Assembly (NCBI RefSeq): GCF_001194135.2
Contig: NC_069002.1
Location: forward strand, 31,667,638 to 31,731,637
Source of the DNA: Octopus bimaculoides
Lineage: Eukaryota
Length of the DNA: 64,000 nt
Direction: 5' to 3'
Position numbers and translations under genes: made by a program
Part shown: piece by piece, positions 11,521-24,412 of the stretch
Numbering within the stretch: the first letter of the stretch is position 1
How the letters are laid out: each line of letters opens with the position of its first letter
Notes under the pieces: generated by a model
What the model was told of the DNA's origin: nothing
The model's database searches: none
What the model saw: the letters and a program-made list of their open reading frames with translations, nothing else

Positions 11521-12037
11521 GGGAGAGAGATTGTTGTAAACATATTTAAAAAAAATTTTTAGCTTCAAGCTTAAGGTTTCCCAGAGTTAAAGGGGTCACT
11601 ACTGCCCTGGTCCCTGATGGCTCGTATATAAACCCAGCTCTGACTACACAACACTGCACTGCACCCCATTACATGATGCTGTCAGCACACCACTAGGAAA
11701 TAGTGGCATCTAGGTGATCTCTCAAACTGCTAGAAATAGCAGCCAAAACTCCTTTCAAATAACATCCTCTGAAAGAAGATGCATTGGACAATGTGGAACT
11801 GGCAGCCCTGCAATGAGGAAATAAATAGGAAAGGTTGTGATGGATGGGTTAGGGTTAGGTTTAGGGTCATGATGGATGGATGTAGGTCCGACTTGGGACT
11901 AAATCACACATACATGCACATACCCTACAATATGCTATATCTGGTGCCCCAATGCTTGGGATCCCCAAGTTTGGAGCCTCCTGTGCCAGAGCTCATATTG
12001 GCCCATACATAAACCCAACCCTAATTACCATGTATTA

Positions 12038-12342
12038 CAGTAGTTCTCAACCAAGATCCATATGGCCCTTGAGGGTCCATGCAACAAAATAGTAAATTAG
12101 GGATCCGCAATAATATTTTAAGGGCACCTGAAAATGCAAGAAACGGTGAGGTTTCTTCCTCTAACATTTTACATAGATCAACCTGTACAAGTTGATGTGT
12201 GAAAAGGAAAATAGGGATTTTGAAAGATGTTTCTATAAAACTAGTTTTTAAACAACGAATTGCTGTGTGTGGGTGGGGGGGGTCTACCAGAATAAAACAG
12301 TAATCAAAAGGGTCCATGGATAAAAAAAAATAAACAACCACA
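12038..12342. mobile_element. hAT-like MITE (degraded right end)
   Basis: Starts CAGTAGTTCTCAACC; its GGGTCC-rich subterminal motifs resemble those of the 48438 element. Confidence 0.5.
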
Positions 12343-12384
12343 TTATCAGAATCTCAAAGCTATGAGATCATGCATAATTCACAG

Positions 12385-12528
12385 GGGCAGGCATGGCTGC
12401 GTGGTAAGAAGCTTGGTTCCAGGTTCAGTCCCACTACGTAGCACCTTGGGCAAGAGACTTCTATAGCCTGAGGCCGACCAAAGCCTTGTGAGTGGATTTG
12501 GTAGACAGAAACTGAAAGAAGCCCATCT

Positions 12529-12609
<81 letters not shown>

Positions 12610-12836
12610 ATATGTGTGTGTGTGTGTGTATGTGTGTGTTTGTTTCACCATCATTGTTTGACAACCGATGTTGGTGTGTTTACATCCCTGTAACCTAGCA
12701 GTTCGGCAAAAGAGAGTGATAGAACAAGTACTAAGCTTACAAAGAATAAGTTCTGGGGTTGATTTCTGTGACTAAAACCCTTCAACGTGGTGCTCCAGCA
12801 TGACCACAATTAAATGACTGAAACATGTAAAAGAGT
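12385..12836 (+). mobile_element. Family A SINE with expanded internal (TG)n
   Basis: Same body as 11119; ~100 bp of TG repeat at the internal microsatellite; the flanks are remnants of a TTAA-type MITE. Confidence 0.88.
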
Positions 12837-15433
12837 AATGTGAATAAATAAGCATTAGATTTGACCAATTAATCTGAATGCTAAAGGGTAAAAAAAAACG
12901 CATTTCCCGGATGTATGCAATGATGTTCCGTATTGGATGTGAGTCAGGGAATTGGAGAATCTGTGGACGGATCTCTTCAAGTCACACTCCCAGACTTTTG
13001 TGACAGAATGTAGCCAACCTATCTCCATCCACCTAAGACAGTTTCAGGTCTGTTGGATGTGTCATGTTAACTTATATGGGAAGCAGGGGAGATAGAGTAC
13101 ATGAAAGGAGAGTGGTTGAAGTAAGCATGAAACAAGTAGAATTACACTAGGAAGAGTTGGAGGGAGGGAATCGTCACCTGTGCTGAGGATCCTGACTGGC
13201 CTCCGCAGGTGAGTGCGGAGGTTGTGTCGGATAAGGCCTTATGCACGGTGGTGAATTCCTTCCCCATCGGCGAATTAAGGTTTGCGGAGTGGCCTGACCC
13301 AGACCCATCATTGTGCTTGAGAGAAGCACTGAAGATGGTCGGGCGGTAAAATGTAAGAGGACGAGTGCCTCATATTGAAAGGGCTTGTGGCCCTGAAAAA
13401 GAAAAGTGTAAGAGGCAAATGCCTCAGTTCAAAGACATAATGTAACATGAAATTGTAAAGTAAGAGGTTTATAGCCTCAATTTGTAAATTTGGGCAATTT
13501 ATAAAAGAACACTGATTTAGAGAAGCAGAGTTCGGCGGGCAGCTTCTGTCTTCTCCCATTAATATCATCATGTTTATCATTCATCTCATCTCATTAATGT
13601 GTTTGTCCAGCCCGCAGCTACTCATCTTTGTACTGCCCTCGTGGCAAATTGAAATGAAATAAAGTAGAAGACATGTGAGGTGCGAGGTAGAGTACATAGA
13701 AAGAGAATAGCAGAGTGTATGAGAGGAGGGAGAGGTAGAGTACAACAAAGGAGAGGGGTAGAAGCAAGTGAGTGACGAGAAGGTGAGTACAGGCATGGAG
13801 ACAGGTAGAGTACACATGAGGCAAGAGGGAGATTGAGAATTAAAGACAGCAGATGATCTGGGAAAGATGTGGCGATTGTGACATTACATGGTAGTAAAAC
13901 ATGGAACATTTGTATTCCTAGTCATGGGTTAGAAGAACAGATATATATATCTATATCATTAGTGTAGGCATCATGTGGTGTGAATGGATAATGCGTGCAG
14001 GGTGAAAGAAACGTCACATTGACAGTGGGAGGTACTTGAGAGAATGTGATGAGATCACATTAAAAGGATGCTTGACCTCCAAGATGAAGTGACTCAGAAT
14101 CATGGCAAGTGGTACTTTTCTGTATGTGTAGCCAAACCCATCCAACCCATGCCAGGAAGGAAACCGGAGAGAAAGGAAATCTAGTCTGAATGAATTTAGC
14201 TAAAGACAATCAAGTGGGGGTGGTGGTGGTGGTGGTGGTGGTGGTTGTCATTTGACTGGGTGGTATCTTTTATCTCCTATCTTTTATTTATTTCAAATGT
14301 TTGTTTAGACTGTGGCCATGCTGGGGCACCACCTTGAAGAATTTTCAGTTGAATGAATCAATTCCAGTACTTATTCTAACGGTTCTTTTGCCAAACCGAT
14401 AAGTTATGGGGATGTAAACACACCAACACTAGCTCTCAAGAGGGGACAAACACAAACCCACACGGAGTCGCATGGCCCAAATGGTGGTCTCATGAGCCAT
14501 GTTTAGTATCCAGCGACTGGAAGGGTGAATAGTACAACCTATACTGTGTATCTCAATTGGTCAGGATTGGTTGCTCAGCCAAGTCGAAGGATGAATGAAT
14601 GAGTTGGCCTGAAGTTATATGATAAGACTCTTACTGGCAGCGCCATAGAGTGGGACTGAACCCAAAACCATAAGGTTGAGCAAGAATTGTTTACACAGAA
14701 GTGTATCAAAATGGTAAAGCTGAGACGGCGCCTACATTTCCAACTTGGCTAACTGAAGATAAAATGATTATTCTTAAGTACAAACCATTATCTCTGACTC
14801 AGTCTTAATTAATTTCCGGGATCTTCAAGGACCCTGCCAGGTCAATGCAGGTTGTGTTGACAGGATGTTCGCAATGTCAAGCAAGTGTTTGATTTAAAAA
14901 GAACCCTCAATTGTTCTGACAATGGAATACAGCTGACCATCACTGCAGAGAAAAGTTTTAACACCACCGCCACCACCACCGTCATACAGGGGAATGTTTG
15001 ACTGGAGCACCACCTTAAAGGGTTTTAAAAGGTTTTAGTTGAAGAAATTGACCACAGGACTTATTCTTTGTAAATCTAGTACTTATTCTATCAGTCTCTT
15101 TTGCTGAACCGCTAAGTTACGGGGACGTAAACATACTGACATTGGTTGTCAAGCGATGGTGGGGTAACAAACACAGATACACAAACATATACATACATAT
15201 ATATATATAATTAATTATATGTATTTCTTCTATCTTAATGAATAATAATTCTTCGGATAGAATAAATGGGTTAATAGAAACCAATGTAGCAAATGCTTTC
15301 CCTGATGAGAAGGTTACAATGTTAATATCACAGATCCCTATGGATCACATAGGTTGTAATCCTTTGAAACATATGTAGGAATAAAGTATGCAATTATAAC
15401 ATGCGTTTTCTCCATTCCTTAAATTTTTATATA

Positions 15434-15465
<32 letters not shown>

Positions 15466-15743
15466 CACAACGGGCTTCTTTCAGCTTCCGTCCACCAAAT
15501 CCTTTCACAAGGCTTTGGCTGGCCCAAGACACTTGCCCAAAGTACCACGCAGTGAAACTGAACCCGGAACCATGTGGTTAGGAAGCAAGCTTGTGCTTTA
15601 CATGTCTGATTCCATCTATATATATATATATTTAATTGTTTTCACTGTTTTATAATGCTATTTTCTTTGTATCTTTTTGTTTCTATTTTTATCCATTTAC
15701 ATCCTTATGCCTACACAACAAAAATTACTTCACATGTAGAAAC

Positions 15744-15782
<39 letters not shown>

Positions 15783-16074
15783 GCAAGGATGTGAGTGGAT
15801 GTGTGTGTGTGTGTTTCCTTGTTGTGACTATAAATAAATGTCAAGGTCATCATGCGTTTGGCCATAGAGAAATATTGCCTTACTTGGGAAAAGATGAAGG
15901 TTATCAATGTTCGGCTGTAGAAAACCTGCGTCAATCAATTCTGACTGACCCACCCCAAACGTTGGGCCAAGTGGCTGTTAAAATCATGACGATGATCATC
16001 ATCATTATTATTTAATGTCTGTTTTCCATGCTGGTATGGGTTGGATGATTTGAGAGGAGCGATGACTGGCACCC

Positions 16075-16506
16075 ATGCCAGTGGAGCGCTAACAGCACCG
16101 TCCGAGCGTGACCATTGCCAGAACAGCTGTCTGGCTTCCATGCCAATGGCACGTAAATAGCACCATTTGAGCGTGATCGTTACCAGTGTCGCCCTACTGG
16201 CAAGTGAAAAAACATTCGAGTGAGGTTGTTGCCAGTGCCGCTGGACTGGCTCCTGTGCAGGTGGCATGTAAAAAACACCATTTTGAGCGTGGCCGTTGCC
16301 AGTACCACCAGACTGGCCATCGTGCCGGTGACACGTAAAAGCACCTACTACACTCTTGGAGTGGTTGGCGTTAGGAAGGGCATCCAGCTGTAGAAACTCT
16401 GCCAAATCAGATTGGAGCCTGGTGCAGTCATCTGGTTCGCCAGTCCCTGTCAAATCGTCCAACCCATGCTAGCATGGAGAGTGGACGTTAAACGATGATG
16501 ATGATG
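16075..16506 (+). mobile_element. Family C modular element (about five modules) with RTE-like tail
   Basis: Modules and tail as at 7491; ends GGACGTTAAACGATGATGATGATG. Confidence 0.88.
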
Positions 16507-17127
16507 GTAAGGCCAGGTTCCATTATCTTTTTTGACATGGCTTTTGCAGAGGGATGCCATTCCTAATGCCAACCACTTTATAGAGTGTACTGGGTACTTT
16601 TTATGTGGCACCAGCACCAGTGCTTTTTATGTGGTGCCAGCACTGATGGTCACCAAGTACACATACACACACACACATACACACACATGTCTATGTGTGT
16701 GTGTGTGTATCTCCATTTCAAAATGCTGACTAAGATTTAATCTACGATGTCTCCCTAACTGACTGATCCATACCACATTCTCTGACAATTCTATCTCTAT
16801 ACCGCAGTCTTGTAAGTGTTTGGCAGACATGTGAAGAATACAAGGACTTCATTCTCCAAGACTCTGAAGACTTCTCTGTCAGGGCTTGGTTCTGTTAAAT
16901 TAGTAACCATTCCTAGAAATAAACCTCAAAAAGGTTTATACAAAGTCTTTGCTCAAAATGAAACTAAATACTGGCTGTTTAGGCACAAGACCACCTCTGA
17001 TCAAAGCATTCCAACAATGGCCATCCTATATTATTTATAGACAATATAGGCAAGTGTCTTCTACTATAAGCCCTTGGACAACCAACGCGCTGTCAGTGAA
17101 TTTGGTAAATGGAAACTGTGTGGAAGC

Positions 17128-17344
17128 GGCGGCGAGCTGGCAGAAACGTTAGGACGCTGGGCGAAATGCTTAGCAGTATTTCATCTGCCGTTAGGTTCTG
17201 AGTTCAAATTCCGCCGAGTTTGACTTTGCCTTTCATCCTTTCGGGGTCGATAAATTAAGTACCAGTTACACACTGGGGTCGATATAATCGACTTAATCCC
17301 TTTGTCCCCTCTATGTTTAGCCCCTTGTGGGCAATAAAGAAATA
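17128..17344 (+). mobile_element. Young family B tRNA-headed SINE with 17-bp TSD, nested in a family A SINE
   Basis: TSD GGAAACTGTGTGGAAGC (17111-17127) / GGAAACTATGTGGAAGC (17345-17361); B-box-like GAGTTCAAATT; central GACTTTGCCTTTCATCCTTTCGGGGTCGATAAATTAAGTACC. Confidence 0.92.
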
Positions 17345-18251
17345 GGAAACTATGTGGAAGCCTATGGCACATGTGTGTGTGTGTGTGTGTATATCTTTGT
17401 ATCCTACCCACTGCTTGTCTACTTCTGTTGATTTGTTTACATCTCAGTAACTTAGCAGTTTGCAAGAGAGACTGATAGAATATGTACCAGACTTCAAAAA
17501 AAACAAAAAGAAGCATAAGTAGTGGGGTCAATTAGTGCGACTGAAAGCCTTCAAAGCTGTGCTCCAGCTTGGCCACAGTCCAACAAGTAAGACAAGTAAG
17601 AGATAAAACGTGCATCCATCTAGTGCGAGGAAAATTTTGCTACTATTTCTAGCAGGTCGATTAACCACATGTGGGTCTTCCACAATGTAAATACAAGCAA
17701 CAACACGAAGAGTACATAGTTTAAAGAGTACGCAGAAGAGTACTACAACAAACAGACGGGAGGAGGAGGAGGCTGGTATGGGCAGAGAAACATTAACATG
17801 ATGACAGAAAGAGGAATATGAAAACGTAAGTGGTTCTGGTGGCGCCAGAAATGGTAGATTCGGAAGACAGGCAGGGCAAGTAGCAAGAGAAACAACAACA
17901 TTACTTCAACATTACTCATCTATACCCTACCAAACACAGATAACCAGCTCGGTTCCACCCCAACTGCCAACACCACCACCACCGACAGTGCAGCTGCCAT
18001 CAACCACCACCACCACCATCATCACTATCAACACCACACTCATACCACAGCAGTTGCCACCACCTACACACACACACACACACACGCTCACACACATACA
18101 CACACAAGTACCATTGTTTATAACAGCTCCATTCTGAATTTCCTTAGGATTTTTAAAGAAAGCAGGTGCACTGGATTGGATTATAGCTGGAGTATAAGAT
18201 ACACACACACACACACTTGTATATACACATATATAAATTTAAATATGTATT

Positions 18252-18282
<31 letters not shown>

Positions 18283-18485
18283 ATAGATATATACATACAT
18301 ATTCACAAATAGTTACGCATATATATGTGTGTATGTGTATATATATATATATATATATATAAATCTACACACATTTTTGTATACATATATAAATTTAAAT
18401 ATGTATTTGTATATATGTGTGTGTGTGTGTGTGTATAGATATATACATACGTATACACACATGTTCATAAATAGTTCCACATATA

Positions 18486-18524
<39 letters not shown>

Positions 18525-18866
18525 CCACACACACACACACACACACAAATCTCTGCCTTTGAGTCACTTTCGAAACTTTTGCCGATTGTGTGTATGTGTC
18601 TGTGTATATGTGTATACACACACACACACGTATATATGCTAAATACATCAGCATTCACATGGGCTGAACAGGCTGCAGCCCAACCAGTGAGTCTGCAGAA
18701 GTCGACCACATTCTCAAACACATACACACACACCTCCACATTTTCTGCTCATGGAGATATAGAATCCTGTGTTATAACCACTGCGTATACTTTTCATAAC
18801 ACTGCTAAACCTCTTATGTTTATCAAGAAAAAAAACATGGCTTTACATTACTAATTACACACACAC

Positions 18867-18900
<34 letters not shown>

Positions 18901-18931
18901 AACACACGTACACATACATATATTGTTGATA

Positions 18932-19159
18932 TTATGCAAAAGTGTCGTAAGTCCAAAACATCGGGGTTTTTTCTTCAGAAAATGATAAAGTAGTTTCACC
19001 ATTCCATAGCAAAACCCTTGTACTACACTTTGACAATTTTTGGTATCTTGGCATCTGAAGATATGATAGTCTGACCAAAAGAACCAGAGATTGCAAGCAA
19101 AAATGAAAATTGAATAAAACGCATTTGGCCAAATTTGGACATACGACAGTTTAACATAA
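18932..19159. mobile_element. Putative MITE with 26-bp imperfect TIRs
   Basis: 18932-18957 (TTATGCAAAAGTGTCGTAAGTCCAAA) versus the reverse complement of 19134-19159: 22/26 identical. Confidence 0.55.
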
Positions 19160-19171
19160 GAACAACGATAC

Positions 19172-19209
<38 letters not shown>

Positions 19210-19254
19210 GATAGATAGATAGACATATACACTCATATATGTGCAAATATATAT

Positions 19255-19620
19255 AAGAAGTTTGCTTCCCAACTACATGGTTCCAGGTTCAATCCTACTG
19301 TGTGGAACCTTCTGCAAGTGTCTTTTACTGTAACTTGAGGCTGACCAAAGCCTAGGGAGAAGATTCGGTAAATGGAAATTGGAAAAAAGCTTATTGTGTA
19401 TATATGTGTGTGTGAGTGTGTTATTATATTTGTCCCTCACAAACCCTTGACAAAATGGTGTTGGTTTGTATACGTCTCTGTAATCTAGCAGTTCAGCAAT
19501 AGAGACCAATAAAATCAGTGCTTAAAAATAAGTATTTGCATTGATTTGCTCAAGTAAACCCTTGAAGGTAATGCCCCAGTATGGCCACAAGTCAATTACT
19601 TAAACAAGCAAAAGATTAAA
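19255..19620 (+). mobile_element. Diverged family A SINE
   Basis: Head GCTTCCCAACTACATGGTTCCAGGTTCAATCC, tail GCCCCAGTATGGCCACAAGTC. Confidence 0.75.
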
Positions 19621-20752
19621 GACACACACATATATACATTAGGTATTTGTTTATATCCCCTGTAATTTAGATATTCAGCAAAATGAATACCTTCTGAAAA
19701 AATACTTGACTTAAAATAAACACTGGGTTTGATTTAATTGCATAAAACAATTCAAGGACAGAAACCAGCAAAAGTATGAGTGCTTGCATGTTTGTGCATA
19801 CAAATTCAGAAGTCCCTTCAGTATCTAAATTAGATATAAATTGTATGGTCTTCACTTTGTGATAGCTTTGGTTTTATATAGCCATCTGTATATCATAATG
19901 TAAATACAGAGTGAAAGGCAAATTTAGTGCAGCATTTGTCAAGAGATAACATCGCTTTTGGATGTATCGTGTCTAAAAACAATACATATATATCAGAGGG
20001 AGAAGAAAATTAACCTAGTAGCAACTGGTGAGAATAGTAGATGCATTTCTGTGTAGTTGAGCTTCGTCAGTAGTATGCACTCACAACTTTTGATATGTGC
20101 GTGTGCATGTATGTCTGTGCATATGAGCATTTGTGTACACATATCTACGCGTGTGTGTGTGCATATCTGTGCATGTGGGTGAGTGCAAGTGTGCATGTGT
20201 GTGAATGTATGTGCATACCTCTGTATAAAAATAGTTGATATAAGTTTTGGTTGGTCGATCCCTCCAGTCACACTTTACATCATATAGAGAGAGGAGAAGG
20301 TAGATAGGGTACGAGAGAGAGAGAGAGACAGAGAGAGATAGAGAGACAAAAAGAGAGAGATAGAGAGACAAAAAGAGAGAGAGTTAACAGGGTAATTATC
20401 TCATGACTTTCTGAAGAACACACATTTTTTTAAATGAAACTTTGCAGAGATAAGTTTCCGATGGTGTAGATTGCAATTACGCAGATAAAATTTAGAAAAA
20501 TAATATCATATATTTATTGCAAATATGAAAAATGAGAAATTCATTTTATTTGATATTATTCTAAGGTAATATCTTTCCTTTAATTTTTACTTGTTTTAGT
20601 CACCAGACTGTGGCCATGCTGGGGCACCACCTTGAAGAATTTTTAGTCAAATGAATCCTGGTACTTATTCTAGCGATCTCTTTTGCTGAACTGCTAAGCT
20701 ATGAGGGATGTAAACACACCGACACCGGTTGTCAAGTAGTGGTGGAGGACAA

Positions 20753-20783
<31 letters not shown>

Positions 20784-21108
20784 TATACATAGGAATAGCT
20801 TCTTTCAGCTTACGTTTACTAAATCCACTCAAGGATTTGGTTGGCCCAAGGATATAGTGAAAGACACTTGCCAAACATGCCATGCTGGGGCACTGACACA
20901 AACAAATCAACCCCAGCACTTAATTTACAAGTCTATAAATTATACTATCATTTTCCTTTGCTAAAACGCTACGCTATAGGGATGCAAACAAACTAACACA
21001 GGGTGTCAAGCAGAGGAGGGAGGAACACACACACACACACACACAGCAGGCTTCCACACCGTCTCCATCAATAAAATTCACTCACAGGACATTGGTTGGC
21101 TTATTTTG

Positions 21109-21146
<38 letters not shown>

Positions 21147-21884
21147 CCAAAATCAAGGAATGTATGTATACATGTATCTATGTGTGGATGTGCATGTGTG
21201 TATTTCCTTGTCTTGACATCTTGTCATAGTTGTAAATAAGTGTCACTGTCATACAAGAGGCACCATTCATTTTCACTTTTCCATGAAAAACATGCCTGGC
21301 TATAGAGAAACGTTACCTTGCTTGCAAACAGGTCAGGGTTGGTGACAGGAAAGGTATCCAGCCATAGAAAATCTGCTTCAATGAACTCAGTGCGACCCAT
21401 GCTTGCATGGGAAAGTGGATATTAGAATGATGACAATGATATATTAAAACAGGCTTCATTCAGTTTCCATCAACCAAATTCACTCACAAGGCTTTGGTTG
21501 GCATGGGGTTTATAGCCAAAGATATTTGCCCAAGGTGCCATGCAATAGGTCTGAACTTCATATTTTGTTATCTTTTCAATCCCAGTGTTTACATAGACGT
21601 ATTCACATACAAAATGTAACTATCAGGGCTGGCTCTAAATTCTATAGAAAATCTGCAGAGACAACATAAAAGTGATTATATTGCACTGCTAACACAAAGT
21701 GTAGGACACAAGACTGACTTATAAACCTTTATTGAGTAGTATACTATGGATGAGGTACTAAAGAATGACCTCAGAAAGCTGAACCTTTCAGGAAAAGGAC
21801 CGAGGTACCTGGTGCCTGACTGTAATCAAGAAGACCTGTACCCTGCTGCAGAAATGTTAACATGGATCAAAACACTCATGGTGG

Positions 21885-22105
21885 TTTTACACAAAAGCAC
21901 CTGTGCAGTGCCATGCGAAAGCATCCATGTGGCATTACACAAAAGTACCTGTGCAGTGTCATGTGAAAGCACCCATGTGGCATTACACAAAAGCACCTGT
22001 GCAGTGCCATGCGAAAGCACCCATGTGGCATTACACAAAAGTACCTGTGCAGTGTCATGCGAAAGCACCCATGTGGCATTACACAAAAGTACCTGTGCAG
22101 TGTCA
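21885..22105. repeat. 48-bp minisatellite, ~4.5 copies
   Basis: Unit AAAAGCACCTGTGCAGTGCCATGCGAAAGCACCCATGTGGCATTACAC; gives the VALHKSTCAV(P/S)CESTH repeats in ORF 21746-22315. Confidence 0.95.
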
Positions 22106-22305
22106 CATAAAGGCACCCTTTGTACACACTGTGAAGTGGTTGGCATGTTAGGAAGGACATCCAGTCGTAGAAACCATGCCAAATCAGACTGGAGTCTGGT
22201 GCAGGTCCCCAGCTTGACAGCTCTGGTCACACCGTTCAACCCATGCCAGCATGGACAATGGACGTTAAATCATGATGATGTTGATGATGATGATGATGAT
22301 GATTA
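22106..22305 (+). mobile_element. RTE-like tail segment (family C related)
   Basis: GTGGTTGGCATGTTAGGAAGGACATCCAG...CCCATGCCAGCATGGACAATGGACGTTAAAT(GAT)n. Confidence 0.8.
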
Positions 22306-22511
22306 TGGTTGCTAAACAAAATACAGCGATTAACAGTATTTTGTGTTTAGGAAGCAAATACTTTAATCCCAAAGCCAGACCGGAACCAAATTCCTGTGGA
22401 ATGTTATTGTCATGTGAAGGTCTACGAGGTTCTAACCTAGAGAACAGAAACATTCTTAAGACTTAAGGGATTGTCAGATGCCGAAGATCAAGTGGAACGA
22501 CTTTACACACT

Positions 22512-22557
<46 letters not shown>

Positions 22558-22950
22558 NNNNNNNNNNNNNNNNNNNNNNNNNNNNNNNNNNNNNNNNNNN
22601 NNNNNNNNNNNNNNNNNNNNNNNNNNNNNNNNNNNNNNNNNNNNNNNNNNNNNNNNNNNNNNNNNNNNNNNNNNNNNNNNNNNNNNNNNNNNNNNNNNNN
22701 NNNNNNNNNNNNNNNNNNNNNNNNNNNNNNNNNNNNNNNNNNNNNNNNNNNNNNNNNNNNNNNNNNNNNNNNNNNNNNNNNNNNNNNNNNNNNNNNNNNN
22801 NNNNNNNNNNNNNNNNNNNNNNNNNNNNNNNNNNNNNNNNNNNNNNNNNNNNNNNNNNNNNNNNNNNNNNNNNNNNNNNNNNNNNNNNNNNNNNNNNNNN
22901 NNNNNNNNNNNNNNNNNNNNNNNNNNNNNNNNNNNNNNNNNNNNNNNNNN

Positions 22951-23065
22951 NTAGCATGGGTTGGATGATTTGACTGAGGACTGGTGAAACCAGATGGCTA
23001 CACCAGGCTCCAATCTGATTTGGCAGAGTTTCTACAGCTGGATGCCCTTCCCTACAGCTGGATGC

Positions 23066-23096
<31 letters not shown>

Positions 23097-23267
23097 CGTA
23101 TATACGACGGGCTTCTTTCAGTTTCCGTCTACCAAATCCACTCACAAGGCTTTGGTTGGCCCGAGGCTATAGTAGAAGACACTTGCCCAAGGTGCCACGC
23201 AGTAGGACTGAACCCGGAACCATGTGGTTCATAAGCAAGCTACTTACCACACAGCCACTCCTGCGCC
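22951..23267 (-). mobile_element. Family C tail fragment joined through (TA)n to the 5' half of a family A SINE
   Basis: Reverse complements of both consensus parts are recognisable. Confidence 0.8.
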
Positions 23268-24119
23268 TGTAGGAATATTTTACTTCCCCATTAAAGACAC
23301 TTCATACTCTATCTGCATCCAAACAGTCCACTGCGGTCATTGACTATCACCAGTCTGAGACTGATGACCTACAGAGGGCACAGGTATTGACCTCTGTAAG
23401 TCATCACTCTCAACCCACCACCCACCTTTACAGAAATAAGAAAAGAAGGATAAAACACACGGATTAATTAGAAGCAACAAATTCAAAAGAGATAATTTAG
23501 AGAAAATTTTAAAACTGCACACAGATTTACACACTTCTTTTGAAATTAAATGATTGAAAAAACATAAGAACATTCTTAAAACAATTGTATGTGACAAATG
23601 TACAATCTGCTTCATTCCAGGCAGAGTGTGTCGAGCTTTATGTATTTAAAATCCATGCCAAAGCAGATCTGGTCGGCACTGGTGCCACATAAAATGCATC
23701 CAGTCAACTTTGTATAAGTGGTTGATATTAGGAAAGGAATCCAGTTGTAAAAAAAACCATGCCAAAATAGACAGTTGAGCTTGGCGCAGTCCTCTGGCTT
23801 ACCAATCTGTAACTTAGCAGTTTGGCAAAAGAGACCGATAGAATAAGTACTAGGCTTACTAGATTACGGCAGATGACACACTTAGGGATCAGTCTCACCA
23901 GCTGGTGAAGACTTAATCCGCCATCCTGCTGGCTGCTGTATAAAAAGTCATCAGTGACTCTCTGTCCTGTGTGTCTCCTCTTGTCCTGCCCATTCCATTT
24001 TGACCTTCTGTGTGACAATGAAAGAACTTTGACAAACAAACTCAAAAGAAATTATAATAATAATAAAACTAAAGTGAAGACCAAATAAATAGTGTGCGTG
24101 TGTGTTTAATTTGAAAGAT

Positions 24120-24412
24120 GACCATCCCTGCCAGTGCCCCTGGACTGGCTCTTGTGCGGGTGGCACATAAAATACACCATTTTGAGCGTGGCCGTTGCCA
24201 GTACCGCCTGACTGGCCTTCGTGCCGGTGGCACGTAAAAGCACCCACTACACTCTCAGAGTGGTTGGCGTTAGGAAGAGCATCCAGCTGTAGAAACTCTG
24301 CCAAATCAGATTGGAGCTTGGTGTTGCCATCCGGTTTCACCAGTCGTCAGTCAAATCGTCCAACCCATGCTAGCATGGAAAGCGGACGTTAAACAATGAT
24401 GATGATGATGAT
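24120..24412 (+). mobile_element. Family C element, 5'-truncated (two modules)
   Basis: Nearly identical to the 3' 290 bp of the 16075 copy; ends in (GAT)n. Confidence 0.88.

Noticed and set aside
11849-11868. TTAGGG-like hexamers
   Set aside because: Only two imperfect units; not an interstitial telomere array.
23870-24010. TATA-containing stretch resembling a solo LTR
   Set aside because: No TG...CA ends, TSD or second copy visible.
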